Under the pieces are notes generated by a model that saw only the letters and a list, made by a program, of their open reading frames with translations, had not been told where the DNA came from and did no database searches. From Ignavibacteriae bacterium HGW-Ignavibacteriae-3 (GTDB taxonomy: Bacteria > Bacteroidota > Ignavibacteria > Ignavibacteriales > Melioribacteraceae): 64,000 nt of DNA. This document shows, piece after piece, positions 49,404 through 60,457 of this stretch (position 1 is its first letter; every line of letters starts with the position of its first letter). Both the position numbers and the translations under genes were made by a program. The DNA is taken from positions 11,274-75,273 of the forward strand of contig PGYS01000002.1 of the NCBI GenBank assembly GCA_002839795.1, in the 5' to 3' direction.

Positions 49404-50096
49404 ATGAAAAATAAAATAGCACTTAATTTTTTCGGGGTATTGATGCTGATGGCAATGATATCCTTAACCATACAGGCGCAGCCCGCAATGCTGAATCAGC
49501 CGATGAAGAATTTTACACTACCGACAACAGACGGCAAGACTGTATCGCTGACCGATTTTAAAGGAAAAAATGTTCTTGTGGTTTTTCCGCGAGTCTTTGC
49601 TGCCGAAGGCAGATATTGTTCCATCTGCAATTATCAATATGCCGAGCTTCTTTCTCTGGCGCAAAAGGCCAAGGCGAAATACAATCTTGAAATTCTTTAC
49701 GTCGTCTCATTTCCCGAAAAAACAATTAACAATTGGATTGACGCGTTTCCGGATCAAATGGCCTCAATAGAGCAAATGAAAAATCCGAAAGAAATTACTG
49801 AACAGAGCACGCGCAGAGCTGATTTTGCCAAAAACTTTTTTGTAAATAAATATGAATTCACAAAGGGTGATGTTCCAACGCCGTTTCCGATTCTTATTGA
49901 TTCCGCGCGAACAGTTTCAAAATCATTGGGAATTTTTATGACAGAGTGGGGCGGATCGAAAGTGGAGCAGGATATTCCGTCGGTATTTCTTTTGAATAAA
50001 GATGGAATACTGAAATTTAAATATGTGAGTCAGTCAACCGTAGACCGCCCGAATAATGATTATCTTACTATGGTCTTTGAATCTTTTCTCAAATAA
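49404..50096 (+). CDS. Secreted thioredoxin-fold protein (AhpC/TSA redoxin-like)
   Basis: Start at the ATG at 49404, preceded by AAGGAG. Signal peptide, GKNVLVVFPR and a CSIC (CxxC) motif. Confidence 0.6.
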   Translation: MKNKIALNFFGVLMLMAMISLTIQAQPAMLNQPMKNFTLPTTDGKTVSLTDFKGKNVLVVFPRVFAAEGRYCSICNYQYAELLSLAQKAKAKYNLEILYVVSFPEKTINNWIDAFPDQMASIEQMKNPKEITEQSTRRADFAKNFFVNKYEFTKGDVPTPFPILIDSARTVSKSLGIFMTEWGGSKVEQDIPSVFLLNKDGILKFKYVSQSTVDRPNNDYLTMVFESFLK

Positions 50097-50168
50097 TTAA
50101 TTTAGAACGATCCGGCTTTATTATCTTCCCGGGTTTCGTGGCGCTGACTATTAATGTACAGTCTAGAA

Positions 50169-52187
50169 CTATTCTTTAATCAATTTTTTCAGTTTTTCAA
50201 TTTCGTCGCGGAGGCTTGCCGCTCGCTCAAACTCAAGATCCTTCGCCGCAGCAAACATCTCTTCTTCCATTTGCTCCAGCAGCTCTTTGCGCTGATCGTC
50301 GGTCATAAATCTTATAACCGGTTCAGCGACTTTGGTAAATGAAGCATCCTGCCTTTCGTAGTCTTTTTTCCGGACATCGGCAATGGATGTTGAGTTCATT
50401 ATCTCCTCGACACTTTTGTAAATTGTTGCCGGGGAGATATTGTTTGCAATATTATATTCGGTTTGAAGTTTGCGGCGGCGGGTTGTCTCTTCTATTGTTT
50501 TCCGCATCGATTCGGTAATTTTATCAGCGTACATAATTACCCTTCCATTCGCATTACGGGCTGTTCGGCCCGCTGTCTGCATAAGCGATCTTTCGCTTCT
50601 AAGAAATCCCTCTTTATCCGCATCAATAATTGCAACAAGAGATACCTCGGGAAGATCAAGGCCCTCGCGCAGAAGATTCACCCCGACTAATACATCAAAT
50701 TCTCCAATGCGAAGGTCCCGGATAATTTCAACCCGCTCAAGCGTTACTACTTCGCTATGGATGTAGCGCACTTTGATTTTCAACTTGTCGAGATAATCCG
50801 CGAGGTCTTCAGCCATTTTTTTCGTTAATGTGGTGACAAGTATGCGTTCTTTTAACACTACTCTTTTCCGGATCTCACCAATCAAATCATCGATCTGCCC
50901 CTTCACGGGACGAATTTCAATTTCCGGATCCAGCAAGCCCGTGGGGCGTATAACCTGTTCTACAAATGTCCCATCACTCCTTGAGAATTCATAATCTGCC
51001 GGAGTAGCGCTCACATATATAACCTGATTTGTCAGCTTGTCGAATTCTTCGAATTTAAGAGGACGGTTGTCAAGTGCAGATGGAAGACGGAATCCGTACT
51101 CAACCAGAACTTCTTTTCTGGAGCGGTCCCCGTTATACATTCCGCGCACCTGCGGAATTGTTACGTGAGATTCATCGATAATCAAAAGATAGTCTTTGGG
51201 AAAATAATCGAACAGGCAGTACGGGCGGGAGCCGGGCGCCCGCGCATCCATGTGCCTGGAATAGTTTTCTATTCCGGAACTGTATCCGATCTCGCGCATC
51301 ATTTCGATATCGTATTTTGTCCTCTGTTCCAGTCTTTGTGCTTCCACATATTTTTCTTCAGCCCAGAAATATTTCAATCTTTCTTTAAGTTCGTCCTCAA
51401 TCGTAATTATTGCCCGGTTAACCTGATCCCTTGTAGTAACAAAATATTTAGCCGGATAAATGGGCACCGTTTCGACCTCGCGGATCACATCACCGGTTAT
51501 GGAATCTATAACCGAAAGCCGCTCAATCTCATCGCCCCAGAATTCAATTCTTACTGCCTCTTCATATTGATAAGCGGGAATGACTTCAACTACGTCGCCT
51601 CGCGCGCGGAATGTTCCCCGTGTAAAGTCTGCGTCGTTTCTTGTAAAGTATATATCAATCAAATTTCTTAAAAGTTTTTTTCTTTCAATGGATTGACCCT
51701 TTCGTAAGAATAAAATTTGCCGGGCGTATTCTTCTGGCGCGCCTATTCCATAAATACAGCTTACGCTCGCAACAATTATTACATCGCTTCTGCCTTCAAT
51801 GAGCGATGTTGTAGCCTTGAGGCGAAGCCGGTCAATTTCCTCATTAACGGCAAAATCTTTTTCTATGAAAAGGTCCCTCTTAACTACATATGCCTCCGGC
51901 TGGTAATAATCATAATAGCTGATAAAAAATTCCACCGCATTATTCGGGAAGAATGATTTAAATTCGGAATAGAGCTGTGCTGCGAGGGTCTTATTGTGAG
52001 AGATGATTAATGTCGGGCGGTTGTACTCCTGAATAACATTGCTCATTGTATAAGTCTTTCCGCTGCCGGTGACGCCGAGAAGCACCTGGTGCTTATCGCC
52101 GCGCTTCAGTCCTTCCAGAAGTTCAGATATTGCCTTGGGCTGATCTCCGGAAGGTTTATAATTCGAAACCAATTCAAATTTATTCAT
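50169..52187 (-). CDS. uvrB: Excinuclease ABC subunit B
   Basis: Walker [13 protein letters not shown] box (IIDESHVT), helicase motifs and a C-terminal UVR domain ([18 protein letters not shown]). Confidence 0.97.
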   Translation of the reverse strand: MNKFELVSNYKPSGDQPKAISELLEGLKRGDKHQVLLGVTGSGKTYTMSNVIQEYNRPTLIISHNKTLAAQLYSEFKSFFPNNAVEFFISYYDYYQPEAYVVKRDLFIEKDFAVNEEIDRLRLKATTSLIEGRSDVIIVASVSCIYGIGAPEEYARQILFLRKGQSIERKKLLRNLIDIYFTRNDADFTRGTFRARGDVVEVIPAYQYEEAVRIEFWGDEIERLSVIDSITGDVIREVETVPIYPAKYFVTTRDQVNRAIITIEDELKERLKYFWAEEKYVEAQRLEQRTKYDIEMMREIGYSSGIENYSRHMDARAPGSRPYCLFDYFPKDYLLIIDESHVTIPQVRGMYNGDRSRKEVLVEYGFRLPSALDNRPLKFEEFDKLTNQVIYVSATPADYEFSRSDGTFVEQVIRPTGLLDPEIEIRPVKGQIDDLIGEIRKRVVLKERILVTTLTKKMAEDLADYLDKLKIKVRYIHSEVVTLERVEIIRDLRIGEFDVLVGVNLLREGLDLPEVSLVAIIDADKEGFLRSERSLMQTAGRTARNANGRVIMYADKITESMRKTIEETTRRRKLQTEYNIANNISPATIYKSVEEIMNSTSIADVRKKDYERQDASFTKVAEPVIRFMTDDQRKELLEQMEEEMFAAAKDLEFERAASLRDEIEKLKKLIKE

Positions 52188-52210
52188 TGATACAGCAATG
52201 TCCCGGTATT

Positions 52211-52555
52211 CTAATCTTTAACCTTTAATTCATGCACATGAAATGAACTGCCATTATAATGTCCCATCAATTCAACCCTGGTTGCTGATCCAAAATCAGC
52301 CGGAAGTGATACCGAACCCGAAACGAGAACCTGTTTTCCAACACGGTCTTCTACATAAAAACTAACTTCTCCCGATCCGTCATTCTCTATTCCCTTTTCC
52401 GGGAGCAGTTTAACAACGATTTCCCTGTTTGCGTTGCTTTTAGTGTCGAATTCGGAAAAGAGCCCGAGCTCGTCTCCATGACCAAAGTATGAAAAGTAAA
52501 TTAATGCAATAACGCCGGCGACCAGCAGAGGAAGGATAAAATTTTCTTTTTTCAT
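52211..52555 (-). CDS. Membrane-anchored OB-fold-like protein (CcmE-like?)
   Basis: Start moved to the ATG at 52555 ([21 protein letters not shown] anchor). The soluble part loosely resembles CcmE-type OB domains. Weak call. Confidence 0.35.
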   Translation of the reverse strand: MKKENFILPLLVAGVIALIYFSYFGHGDELGLFSEFDTKSNANREIVVKLLPEKGIENDGSGEVSFYVEDRVGKQVLVSGSVSLPADFGSATRVELMGHYNGSSFHVHELKVKD

Positions 52556-52707
52556 GTAATTATCTTTCTTTTTTTGTAAATGATATGCGAATATATAAAA
52601 TGATTTGTGCCGCCCCAAAATTGTTTGTCGTTTACTTTTTTGAAAATAGAAAGAGGGACAAAAAATATTTAACTTTGCGACATTAATTGCTAATCAAAAG
52701 GTAAATT

Positions 52708-53541
52708 GTGAACAAAATAATACTATTCTTCCTGTTTGTAACCACACTATCGGTTTCCGGACAAGCTCCGGATTCACTTAAAAATAAATGGATACCGTCT
52801 TTTGTGGCGGGAATCGGAATAAATCAGATCGCCTTTACAAATTGGGTAAAGGGCGGAGATAATTCAATCGCATGGACATTAATGGGTGATTTTCGGTATG
52901 ACAGGATTGGAACACCCTGGACATTTAAAAATTCCATTAAAGCCTCTTACGGCAGATCGAAGATCGGTTCGGGCATATACAAAACAACCGACAATGATCT
53001 TTACATTGAAAATGTTGTAGTATATGACATCGGATGGGCGGTTAGCCCCTTTCTCTCAAATTCAATTAGAACTCAGGTCTCCAGGGGATTTGATTATAAA
53101 TCTGACCCTGCGGTTGAAATAGCGGATTTTTTTGATCCCGGCTATATTACACAGACAATCGGGTTTACATACGATAAGTATCAAAATATAGTAACGCGTC
53201 TCGGTCTAGGTTTTCAGGAAATTATCACAAACAATTACAGACAGTATTCCGACCCTGCTAACATGAGGGATAAATTCCGTTTTGAAACCGGCATTGAGTC
53301 AGTTACAGATATTAATTACAAGATCGAAGACAATATCGTGTATACAGGAAAGATCAGATTTTTCAGCCAGTTTAAAAGCCTCGACACATGGGATGTGCGC
53401 CTCGATAACGTTATAGCGGCTAAAATTACAAAGCATATTACTGTCAATTTTCAATATCTTGTAGTATATGAAAAAGTTCAGTCGCCGTATACACAGATTA
53501 AAGAAGGATTACAGGTTGGGATCGTTTTTAATCTTTTATAG
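52708..53541 (+). CDS. DUF3078-like outer-membrane beta-barrel protein
   Basis: GTG start, signal peptide, alternating strand pattern and a terminal VGIVFNLL strand. Confidence 0.55.
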   Translation: MNKIILFFLFVTTLSVSGQAPDSLKNKWIPSFVAGIGINQIAFTNWVKGGDNSIAWTLMGDFRYDRIGTPWTFKNSIKASYGRSKIGSGIYKTTDNDLYIENVVVYDIGWAVSPFLSNSIRTQVSRGFDYKSDPAVEIADFFDPGYITQTIGFTYDKYQNIVTRLGLGFQEIITNNYRQYSDPANMRDKFRFETGIESVTDINYKIEDNIVYTGKIRFFSQFKSLDTWDVRLDNVIAAKITKHITVNFQYLVVYEKVQSPYTQIKEGLQVGIVFNLL

Positions 53542-53553
53542 TAAGGAAGCCGT

Positions 53554-53997
53554 GTGACAATCGCAGAAACGCAGGATGAAATTGTAAAAGAGTTCGAACA
53601 GTATATCGACTGGGAAGATAAGTACAGGCATATTATTGAATTGGGCAGACAACTGCCTCCGATCGATGAACTGGCCCGGACCGACAAGAATAAATTGGCC
53701 GGATGCCAATCCCAGGTTTGGATTAACGCAAAACTCGAGGACGGCAAAGCAGTGTTTGAGGCCGACAGCGATGCAGCAATTGTTAAAGGTTTGATCGCGC
53801 TGGTGATAAGGGTATACTCTAATCATACTCCCGAAGAAATTCTTGCTACACCGCCCGAGTTTGTAAAAAAGATAGGAATTGATAATCATCTTTCTCCCAC
53901 AAGAAAGAACGGACTTGGCGCAATGATGAAACAAATACAATTGTATGCGCTGGCGTTTAAATCGTTAGAAACGAGGCGCGGTAAGAATACCGATTGA
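53554..53997 (+). CDS. sufE: SufE-family cysteine desulfuration (sulfur acceptor) protein
   Basis: LAGCQSQVWI active-site Cys motif, ADSDAAIVKGL and LSPTRKNGL. GTG start preceded by AAGGAAG. Confidence 0.85.
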   Translation: MTIAETQDEIVKEFEQYIDWEDKYRHIIELGRQLPPIDELARTDKNKLAGCQSQVWINAKLEDGKAVFEADSDAAIVKGLIALVIRVYSNHTPEEILATPPEFVKKIGIDNHLSPTRKNGLGAMMKQIQLYALAFKSLETRRGKNTD

Positions 53998-54007
53998 ATG
54001 CTTCACC

Positions 54008-54937
54008 CTATTTGTGTTTTCCCAGCAGTCCGTTTTCCGGACAGCTGTTGCATTCGAACTGAAGTGTTATGTGGTGAATTCCAAACTTTGACTCGAAGAG
54101 CTGTTCTATTTTCATCCGAAGCTGATCACTCTCGCTTACCTTCATATCATTCACGTTAACATGCGCTTCAAGATGTACATCGTTGTCGCCTACGGTCCAA
54201 ACATGAATATGGTGAATATCTTCAACCTCGGAAAATTTTTCAACTTCCTCTTTAATAGCATCAAGAGAAATATCAGGAGGCGCGCCTTCCATCAGGACGT
54301 GAATTGCCTCTCCAAGAATATCGTAGCTTTCCTTAATGATATAGAGGCCTATCAGAATTGTGAGGAACGGGTCAACCCACCAGGCGCTCCAAACGGAAAT
54401 GGCAATACCGCCCAGTATAACAGCAACCGACGAAACCGAATCGCTTAGAAGATGCATGTATGACGAACGTATATTGATACTGTTTTTGGAATCTCGTTTA
54501 AGCAATAGTGTTCCGACAATATTCGCAACCAGGCCGATTGCCGCAACAATTGTCATCATATATGCTTCAATTACTTTCGGTTCATAGAACCTTATAAAAG
54601 ATTCATAAAAAAGAAATACATAGATTACAATAAGCACTGAGGCGTTTATTACCGCGGCAAGAATCTCGGCACGCTTTAATCCGAATGTATGCTTGTATGA
54701 ATTGTCCCGCCTCTTCAGCCTTATTGCGATGTATGAAATAATGATAGAGATTCCGTCGCTGAAATTGTGAAGCGCGTCGGAGATAAGCGCCAGACTTCCC
54801 GATAAAATCCCGCCGACAATCTGCACTACAGTTATCACAAAGTTGAGAATCATTGTAATTACCAGTCTTCCGGTAGTACTGTTCAGCGTATCTTTTGCGT
54901 GATGGTGTGTATGTTTATAAGACAATTTATTATTCAC
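54008..54937 (-). CDS. Cation diffusion facilitator (CzcD/ZitB-type) divalent metal efflux transporter
   Basis: Six TM helices, metal-site motifs SDALHNFSD and HLLSDSV, and a C-terminal cytoplasmic domain with HHIHVW. Confidence 0.9.
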   Translation of the reverse strand: MNNKLSYKHTHHHAKDTLNSTTGRLVITMILNFVITVVQIVGGILSGSLALISDALHNFSDGISIIISYIAIRLKRRDNSYKHTFGLKRAEILAAVINASVLIVIYVFLFYESFIRFYEPKVIEAYMMTIVAAIGLVANIVGTLLLKRDSKNSINIRSSYMHLLSDSVSSVAVILGGIAISVWSAWWVDPFLTILIGLYIIKESYDILGEAIHVLMEGAPPDISLDAIKEEVEKFSEVEDIHHIHVWTVGDNDVHLEAHVNVNDMKVSESDQLRMKIEQLFESKFGIHHITLQFECNSCPENGLLGKHK

Positions 54938-54986
54938 TCTATTATTTATTAAATTGTTTTATTACTTCACAAAAATGTGAACGAAG

Positions 54987-56255
54987 ATGATGAAAAACAA
55001 ATTTTACACCGATTTTGATCTGGAAAGATTAAAGCCGAGCAACCGCCAAAGCGACTACAGATCACCCTTCCAAATAGACCGGGACAGAATTATTCACTCT
55101 TCTGAATTCCGCCGGCTTCAGGGAAAGACCCAGGTGTTTCTTCCCGGTGAATATGATTTCTACCGCACAAGACTGACCCACTCTATTGAGGTTGCTCAAA
55201 TCGGCAGAGCAATATGCAGCTATCTGCATTCAAAAGAGAAAAAAATCTTCGGCGAAGAATATTTTATTGATGAGGATCTTGTAGAATCGGTGTGTCTTGC
55301 GCACGATCTGGGACATCCTCCGTTCGGGCACTCAGGTGAACGCACTCTAAATGAACTTATGAAAAATTACGGCGGCTTCGAAGGCAACGCGCAAACGCTG
55401 AGAATGATTACAGAAATTTTCTACCGAGACGAAAATAAACACCGCGGCATGAATCCTACTCGGGCTTTTCTTGACGGAATCTTAAAGTACAAATCCTGCT
55501 TCGGCGAATTTAGATCGCCTGAGAATCATTTTATATACGACGAGCAGAAAAAATATATCAATTTTGTCTTCGGGGGAAAGAAAATCCCGTTAAAAATATC
55601 TTCTCCAAAAGATTTGAACAATTTCCAGAGTATCGAGTGCCAGATAATGGACTGGGCGGATGATACCGCTTATGTGATCAACGATCTTGTTGACAGTATC
55701 TCGGGCGGATTCATAAATATTGTAAAGCTTATGAACTGGCAGGAAAAAAATTCAAACACCAAGCAAAATGAAATCATCGCCGAGATGATCGGCTGGATCA
55801 AAGCCGGAAATTATAAAAAGAAATTCGGCGCTCTGATCGGCGAGTTTGTCCGTTCGTGCAGTATTAAGGAAAGAAAAACATTTATGGATAAGTCCACAAA
55901 CCGTTACAAATATATTCTGGTCGTTGATAAAGAAATTCTTGATCGGGCTAGTCTTTACAAAAAAATCTCCGTCGACCTGGTTTTTCGTTCATCACAGCTT
56001 CATCAGATGGAATTCAAGGGAAACAGCATGATTAGAAATTTGTTCGAACTGTTTTTCGACAACTACGTTCATTCGGTCAAGAGCACAAAACTTCTTCCCG
56101 ATTTCAATGATCAGCTTATAAGGGGAGAAAAAAATAAAAAAATACGCGCAAGGATGGTGTGCGATAATTTATCCGGCGCGACAGATTCATATGCAATGAG
56201 AATGTACCGGCGCCTGTTTGATCCCGAATACAGTTCCCTCGCTGATCTGGTTTGA
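54987..56255 (+). CDS. dgt: dGTP triphosphohydrolase-like HD-domain protein
   Basis: FQIDRDRIIHSSEFRRLQGKTQV, RLTHSIEVAQIG and LAHDLGHPPFGH. Confidence 0.85.
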   Translation: MMKNKFYTDFDLERLKPSNRQSDYRSPFQIDRDRIIHSSEFRRLQGKTQVFLPGEYDFYRTRLTHSIEVAQIGRAICSYLHSKEKKIFGEEYFIDEDLVESVCLAHDLGHPPFGHSGERTLNELMKNYGGFEGNAQTLRMITEIFYRDENKHRGMNPTRAFLDGILKYKSCFGEFRSPENHFIYDEQKKYINFVFGGKKIPLKISSPKDLNNFQSIECQIMDWADDTAYVINDLVDSISGGFINIVKLMNWQEKNSNTKQNEIIAEMIGWIKAGNYKKKFGALIGEFVRSCSIKERKTFMDKSTNRYKYILVVDKEILDRASLYKKISVDLVFRSSQLHQMEFKGNSMIRNLFELFFDNYVHSVKSTKLLPDFNDQLIRGEKNKKIRARMVCDNLSGATDSYAMRMYRRLFDPEYSSLADLV

Positions 56256-56283
56256 TCTAAAGAAAACGGCGTTAGTATTACCA

Positions 56284-57510
56284 TTAAGGGTGTTCGGAAA
56301 TGGCCAAGACCTCTTCTTTGCTCTTTGTATTTCTGAAAAACGAAAGCAGCTTGTTTAAAACTTCATCTACGACAGAGTCCGGACATGACGCGCCGCTTGT
56401 TATCGCAATGGCAACCTTCTTTTTATTGGGCAGGTAGTTTTCCGTCGCAATTTCTTTCCGCGAATGAATATCAAAATGGCTGATTAGTTCTTCCGAGACA
56501 ATCCTGCCTTCACCGGATATAAAATAAGTCGGGAATTTGCCTTGAAGGAGTTCAACTATGTGTGATGTGTTGGAACTGTTGTAGCCTCCGATAACAATAG
56601 CCAGGTCGGCATCATGTTCCAGCAGACCGATGGTTGCGCTCTGATTATCGTTGGTGGCATAACATAAAGTATCGCGGGTGTCCGCGAAATGGTTTTTAAG
56701 ATTTTCCTCCCCGTACTTTTTCATCAATGTATTCCTGAAAAGTTCGGCTATCGCCTGAGTATCCGATGCCAGCATTGTGGTTTGATTCACAACACCGATT
56801 CTTTCTAAATCCTTTTCGATATCAAAGCCTTCGGAAAACTTTTCTTGAAAAATTTGATAAAATTCTTCCTTGCTCCTGACTCCAAGAATTAAATCGGCCA
56901 GAATTTTAGCTTCCCCAATATCGCGCACAATAATGGATTTGCCGCTGCGTTCAGTATGGGAAAATGTAGCGCGTGTTTCTTCGTGCCCGGCTTTACCGTG
57001 AATTATTACTGTAAATTCTTCCTTCCCGAGAGTTTCCGCACGCGTCCAGACCTTTTCCACAAAAGGGCAGGTCGTATTGTATCTTAAAGTGTCTATCCCT
57101 TTTTCTTCAAGAAGCTTTTCAATTTCAAGGGTTGTTCCGAATGCCGGTATGATCATTAAATCGTCTGACCCGACTTCGCCCCAATCAATCAATTGATTTC
57201 CGTAGGTGTCCATAACGAACTGAATGCCACGGCTTTGAAGATCAAGATTCACCATGGGATTGTGAATCATTTCGCTGAGAAGAAAAATTCTTTTTCCGGG
57301 ATTCTCTTCGATCGTTTTGTAGGCTATCTCAATGGCGTTTTCCACTCCGTAGCAGAATCCGAAATGCCGCGCAACTAAAAATTTCACGGGACCGAAATCA
57401 AGTTCCGTAGGCGAAAAATCTTTCTTGCGCGGATCTTGCGATTTACGGTATTCCTTCAGTCTGGAAATTATTGAGCTTTTATATATCTCCGGTATATCAA
57501 AATTTTTCAT
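56284..57510 (-). CDS. ispH: 4-hydroxy-3-methylbut-2-enyl diphosphate reductase (long form)
   Basis: Three cluster Cys contexts: GFCYGVENA, TTCPFVEKV and SGASCPD. Confidence 0.9.
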   Translation of the reverse strand: MKNFDIPEIYKSSIISRLKEYRKSQDPRKKDFSPTELDFGPVKFLVARHFGFCYGVENAIEIAYKTIEENPGKRIFLLSEMIHNPMVNLDLQSRGIQFVMDTYGNQLIDWGEVGSDDLMIIPAFGTTLEIEKLLEEKGIDTLRYNTTCPFVEKVWTRAETLGKEEFTVIIHGKAGHEETRATFSHTERSGKSIIVRDIGEAKILADLILGVRSKEEFYQIFQEKFSEGFDIEKDLERIGVVNQTTMLASDTQAIAELFRNTLMKKYGEENLKNHFADTRDTLCYATNDNQSATIGLLEHDADLAIVIGGYNSSNTSHIVELLQGKFPTYFISGEGRIVSEELISHFDIHSRKEIATENYLPNKKKVAIAITSGASCPDSVVDEVLNKLLSFFRNTKSKEEVLAISEHP

Positions 57511-57556
57511 TAAGCCTTTCCACTATCAAAACATTTCCATTTTTCTGGATAAATAA

Positions 57557-58408
57557 TCAGTTCATCTTGGACTTAATTTGTTTTTCAAGTAGATCCACCT
57601 GAGATACGAATGAATTCCAGTTCTTATCGGTACGCCCTGTCTCTCTGCATTTGTCAAGCGCTATCAAAGCGTCCTTGAATTTATTTTGTTTGAACAAAAT
57701 TTTTCCTTTCACAAAGTAGGGAACGTAATTCGGTCCAAATGAAATTGCTTTATCCGCCCACTGAAGGGCCTCATCTAAAAATACGTTGTTATCATAAGCA
57801 AAACTTGCGCCGTCCGTATAATTCTGCCACCTGTCCGGCTTTGCTGCAATAGATTCTTTTATCTTTATGTATGCCTGCCCGGCTGCATCGGATTCTATGG
57901 CAAACGATACCTGCAATAATTCCCAATTAAGAACCAGCACGGCGGAAGAATTAGAAACGTTTGAAAACGAAAACATAAGCTGCTCGTTGAAACTTGCTTC
58001 CGACGGCTTTACGGTAAAGCGCAAAATATCGTCTTCCTGCTTATAATTGTAGGCGCCCCATTGCTTATCTGTTTTATTCAGAATGATAGTCCATTCTTCC
58101 TTTGTTGGAATTGTAAACAAAGAATATCTTCCTGCGGGCACTTTGTTTCCGCTCACAACAACATCTGTCGTGAATTGAATCGTAGTCGCCTCATTAGCTC
58201 CGGTTCTCCAGACTTGACCGTAAGGAACAAGTGCGCCCCAGATAGTTCTTTCATGCACCGAGGGCCGGCAATATGTTACAGTAATATTTGTATAACCTAC
58301 CGTTTGTGAAACCGCGGCGTTCGGACTCACGCGCGGAAACTCAATCTGCGCGTTTATTGCCGTACCGAATAAACCGACAGCCAATAGAATGACTAAATAT
58401 TTCTTCAT
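57557..58408 (-). CDS. DUF2911 domain protein with C-terminal TPR-like region
   Basis: Signal peptide. VSPNAAVSQTVGYTNITVTYCRPSVHERTIWGALVPYGQVWRTGANEATTI matches the DUF2911 signature as I remember it. Confidence 0.7.
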   Translation of the reverse strand: MKKYLVILLAVGLFGTAINAQIEFPRVSPNAAVSQTVGYTNITVTYCRPSVHERTIWGALVPYGQVWRTGANEATTIQFTTDVVVSGNKVPAGRYSLFTIPTKEEWTIILNKTDKQWGAYNYKQEDDILRFTVKPSEASFNEQLMFSFSNVSNSSAVLVLNWELLQVSFAIESDAAGQAYIKIKESIAAKPDRWQNYTDGASFAYDNNVFLDEALQWADKAISFGPNYVPYFVKGKILFKQNKFKDALIALDKCRETGRTDKNWNSFVSQVDLLEKQIKSKMN

Positions 58409-58512
58409 TTTATCCTCTTTCTTTGATTTACGCTCTAAACAAATAATGGGGCGGTATAAGTTTCATAAAGAAGGGCTCTCTTTCGCCACCGTTTAAAGAT
58501 AAAAAGAGAATG

Positions 58513-58526
58513 TGTGGAATTCCACA
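58513..58526. promoter_or_regulatory. Perfect 14-bp palindrome TGTGGAATTCCACA, candidate dimeric regulator site
   Basis: Seen directly. It lies about 105 nt upstream of the DUF2911 gene start (58408) and 74 nt downstream of the stop at 58600. There is no loop, so a terminator is unlikely. Confidence 0.2.
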
Positions 58527-58599
58527 ACATAAAAACAGCATTGATGGGACATGTTTTGATTGGTTGTTTGATGGGGTCTCATGGAACAAAATGAATGAT

Positions 58600-59370
58600 T
58601 TACAAAAAGATCGTATTCAGATTCCTTTCGGAATCCACGTCGAGTTCTTTAATCTCAGCTTCATAGGAGATAACTTTTTTAACTGAAAAACCATTTAGAA
58701 TATTTTTATGGCCGGGCTGACTGAGAACAACACCGACTTTTAGATTATTTGTTTCATTCATTTCTTTGAATTTTGCGAATGAAATAACAGCCCCCACCAG
58801 AGTCTGAACTATCCTCGAAATCTCTCCCGAATCGAGATTTATCATCTTCTCCACATTTTTCTGATCGAGAATAATTGTCCTTAAGCTTTTTTGCCCGTCG
58901 TTGAATCTGTCGAAAATATCACTCACAACCCTTTGAATAAATTTGAGAATGTCCTCCTGCGGAATTTTTTCTGAACAGGAAGATGCTTCCCCGTAAACGG
59001 CCTTTATGGTAAGAGTGAACAGGAATTGCTTACATATACAACTTCCCCTCCGGACTATCTCCCTTGGGAATTCATAACTGAAGTTGATCTCAATGGTTTT
59101 TTCTTCTTTATTGATAAATCCGCCTGCCGCAAAAGTTGTTAGAGGAACGGCAAGATAAATCAGATTAAAATTGATCTGAGTGTTTGTTACTTCAACGTTG
59201 GATTTATTCGGATCAACATTACGGAGATTTTTAGAATCCTCGGAAATCTTCTTAATGTCAGACATAAACTCAAGCTTAAATTTATTTAACTCCGGCGCAG
59301 GAATTTTTTTAAGTTCGAGTGTAATCTGCTGAATTATCTTCCCGCTGTTAAGATCTATTTTAACGCTCAT
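58600..59370 (-). CDS. Hypothetical protein, no recognisable family
   Basis: 256-aa ORF with ordinary composition, no signal peptide or TM, and no motif I can place. Confidence 0.5.
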   Translation of the reverse strand: MSVKIDLNSGKIIQQITLELKKIPAPELNKFKLEFMSDIKKISEDSKNLRNVDPNKSNVEVTNTQINFNLIYLAVPLTTFAAGGFINKEEKTIEINFSYEFPREIVRRGSCICKQFLFTLTIKAVYGEASSCSEKIPQEDILKFIQRVVSDIFDRFNDGQKSLRTIILDQKNVEKMINLDSGEISRIVQTLVGAVISFAKFKEMNETNNLKVGVVLSQPGHKNILNGFSVKKVISYEAEIKELDVDSERNLNTIFL

Positions 59371-59450
59371 AGCCAGAAAAAATGTTTCTCTTATTATCGG
59401 TTAAAAAACCAGTAAGTGTAATTTGCGGATGGGAAAAGTGCCTTTCCGCC

Positions 59451-60371
59451 CTAAAACAGAAGCTTTATTCTGCCTTCCATTCCCGCAATTCCCTGAAGTC
59501 CCCCGGTGTGAAGCGCAACTATTGTTTGCCCCGCTTCAAAAAATCCTTTTAATGCGAGATCGAATATTCCGTACATCATTTTGCCCGTATAAATCGGGTC
59601 AAGACCGATTCCGTTGATCTCCTCAAATTCTCTGATAAACGTAATCAGTTCTCTATTGATTTTCGCATACCCGCCGAAATGATAGTCCAGAATGATGGAC
59701 CAGTTCGTGTATTCATTTCCGGAATAATCTAAAACGTTTTTTTTTGTATTCTTAATTAAAAAATCCGCGCCGCGCAGCACGGCAAATCCTAAAATATTTT
59801 TTTCTCCCTTCAATCCGCCAATAATTCCGGAAATAGTTCCCGCCGTTCCGCACGGTGTTGTTATATAATCGTAATCCGTTTCAATCAGTGACGGGATTCC
59901 GGCTGCGCCATTTATGGCTAAAAGATTAGTTCCTCCTTCGGGGATTATGTATACATCTCCGAATTTTTCGAAAATCCATTCCTCAAATTCCCGAGAATGT
60001 TTATCTCTATAATCACCTCTGCTCACGTATTGGATCAGCATTCCATTCTCATTCGCAAATTTTAAAGTTGGATTCAGAGGCAGGTGCTGTTCCCCGCGGA
60101 TTAAACCAATCGTATTAAATCCGAATTCTTTTCCCGCGGCAGAAGTTGAGTAAATGTGGTTTGAATATGCCCCGCCGAATGTGAGAAGTGTTTTGTACCC
60201 TTTTTCTGCGGCGTTAATCAGATTGTATTTCAGCTTGAACCATTTATTGCCGTGGATGAATGGATGAATGAGATCGAGACGCTTCATTAGAATCTTTACC
60301 GGAATGGGCGACGGGAATTCAACCGGCTGAAGAACTGCTTTTGAAAGATCTACCGCAGAATCAAAATTCAA
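59451..60371 (-). CDS. PLP-dependent ACC deaminase / D-cysteine desulfhydrase family protein
   Basis: LMKRLDLIHPFIHGNKWFKLKYNL (PLP Lys in GNK), GGAYSNH and HTGG motifs. A TTG start at 60371 is required to keep the conserved N-terminus. Confidence 0.8.
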   Translation of the reverse strand: MNFDSAVDLSKAVLQPVEFPSPIPVKILMKRLDLIHPFIHGNKWFKLKYNLINAAEKGYKTLLTFGGAYSNHIYSTSAAGKEFGFNTIGLIRGEQHLPLNPTLKFANENGMLIQYVSRGDYRDKHSREFEEWIFEKFGDVYIIPEGGTNLLAINGAAGIPSLIETDYDYITTPCGTAGTISGIIGGLKGEKNILGFAVLRGADFLIKNTKKNVLDYSGNEYTNWSIILDYHFGGYAKINRELITFIREFEEINGIGLDPIYTGKMMYGIFDLALKGFFEAGQTIVALHTGGLQGIAGMEGRIKLLF

Positions 60372-60457
60372 TATTACCTCAAAATTCCTGAAACTATTTT
60401 AACAAAGCTCCACTATAAATGCCATGAATCAATAAACAAAAGAATGAGGAGTATTTT

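Noticed and set aside
52639-52677. Bacteroidetes-style promoter (TTTG ... TAACTTTG) upstream of the DUF3078 gene
   Set aside because: The -7-like TAnnTTTG motif is present, but the spacing to the upstream TTTG (27 nt) is longer than the roughly 20 nt expected. Other genes here show SD sites and TATAAT-like boxes, so the promoter grammar of this organism is unclear.
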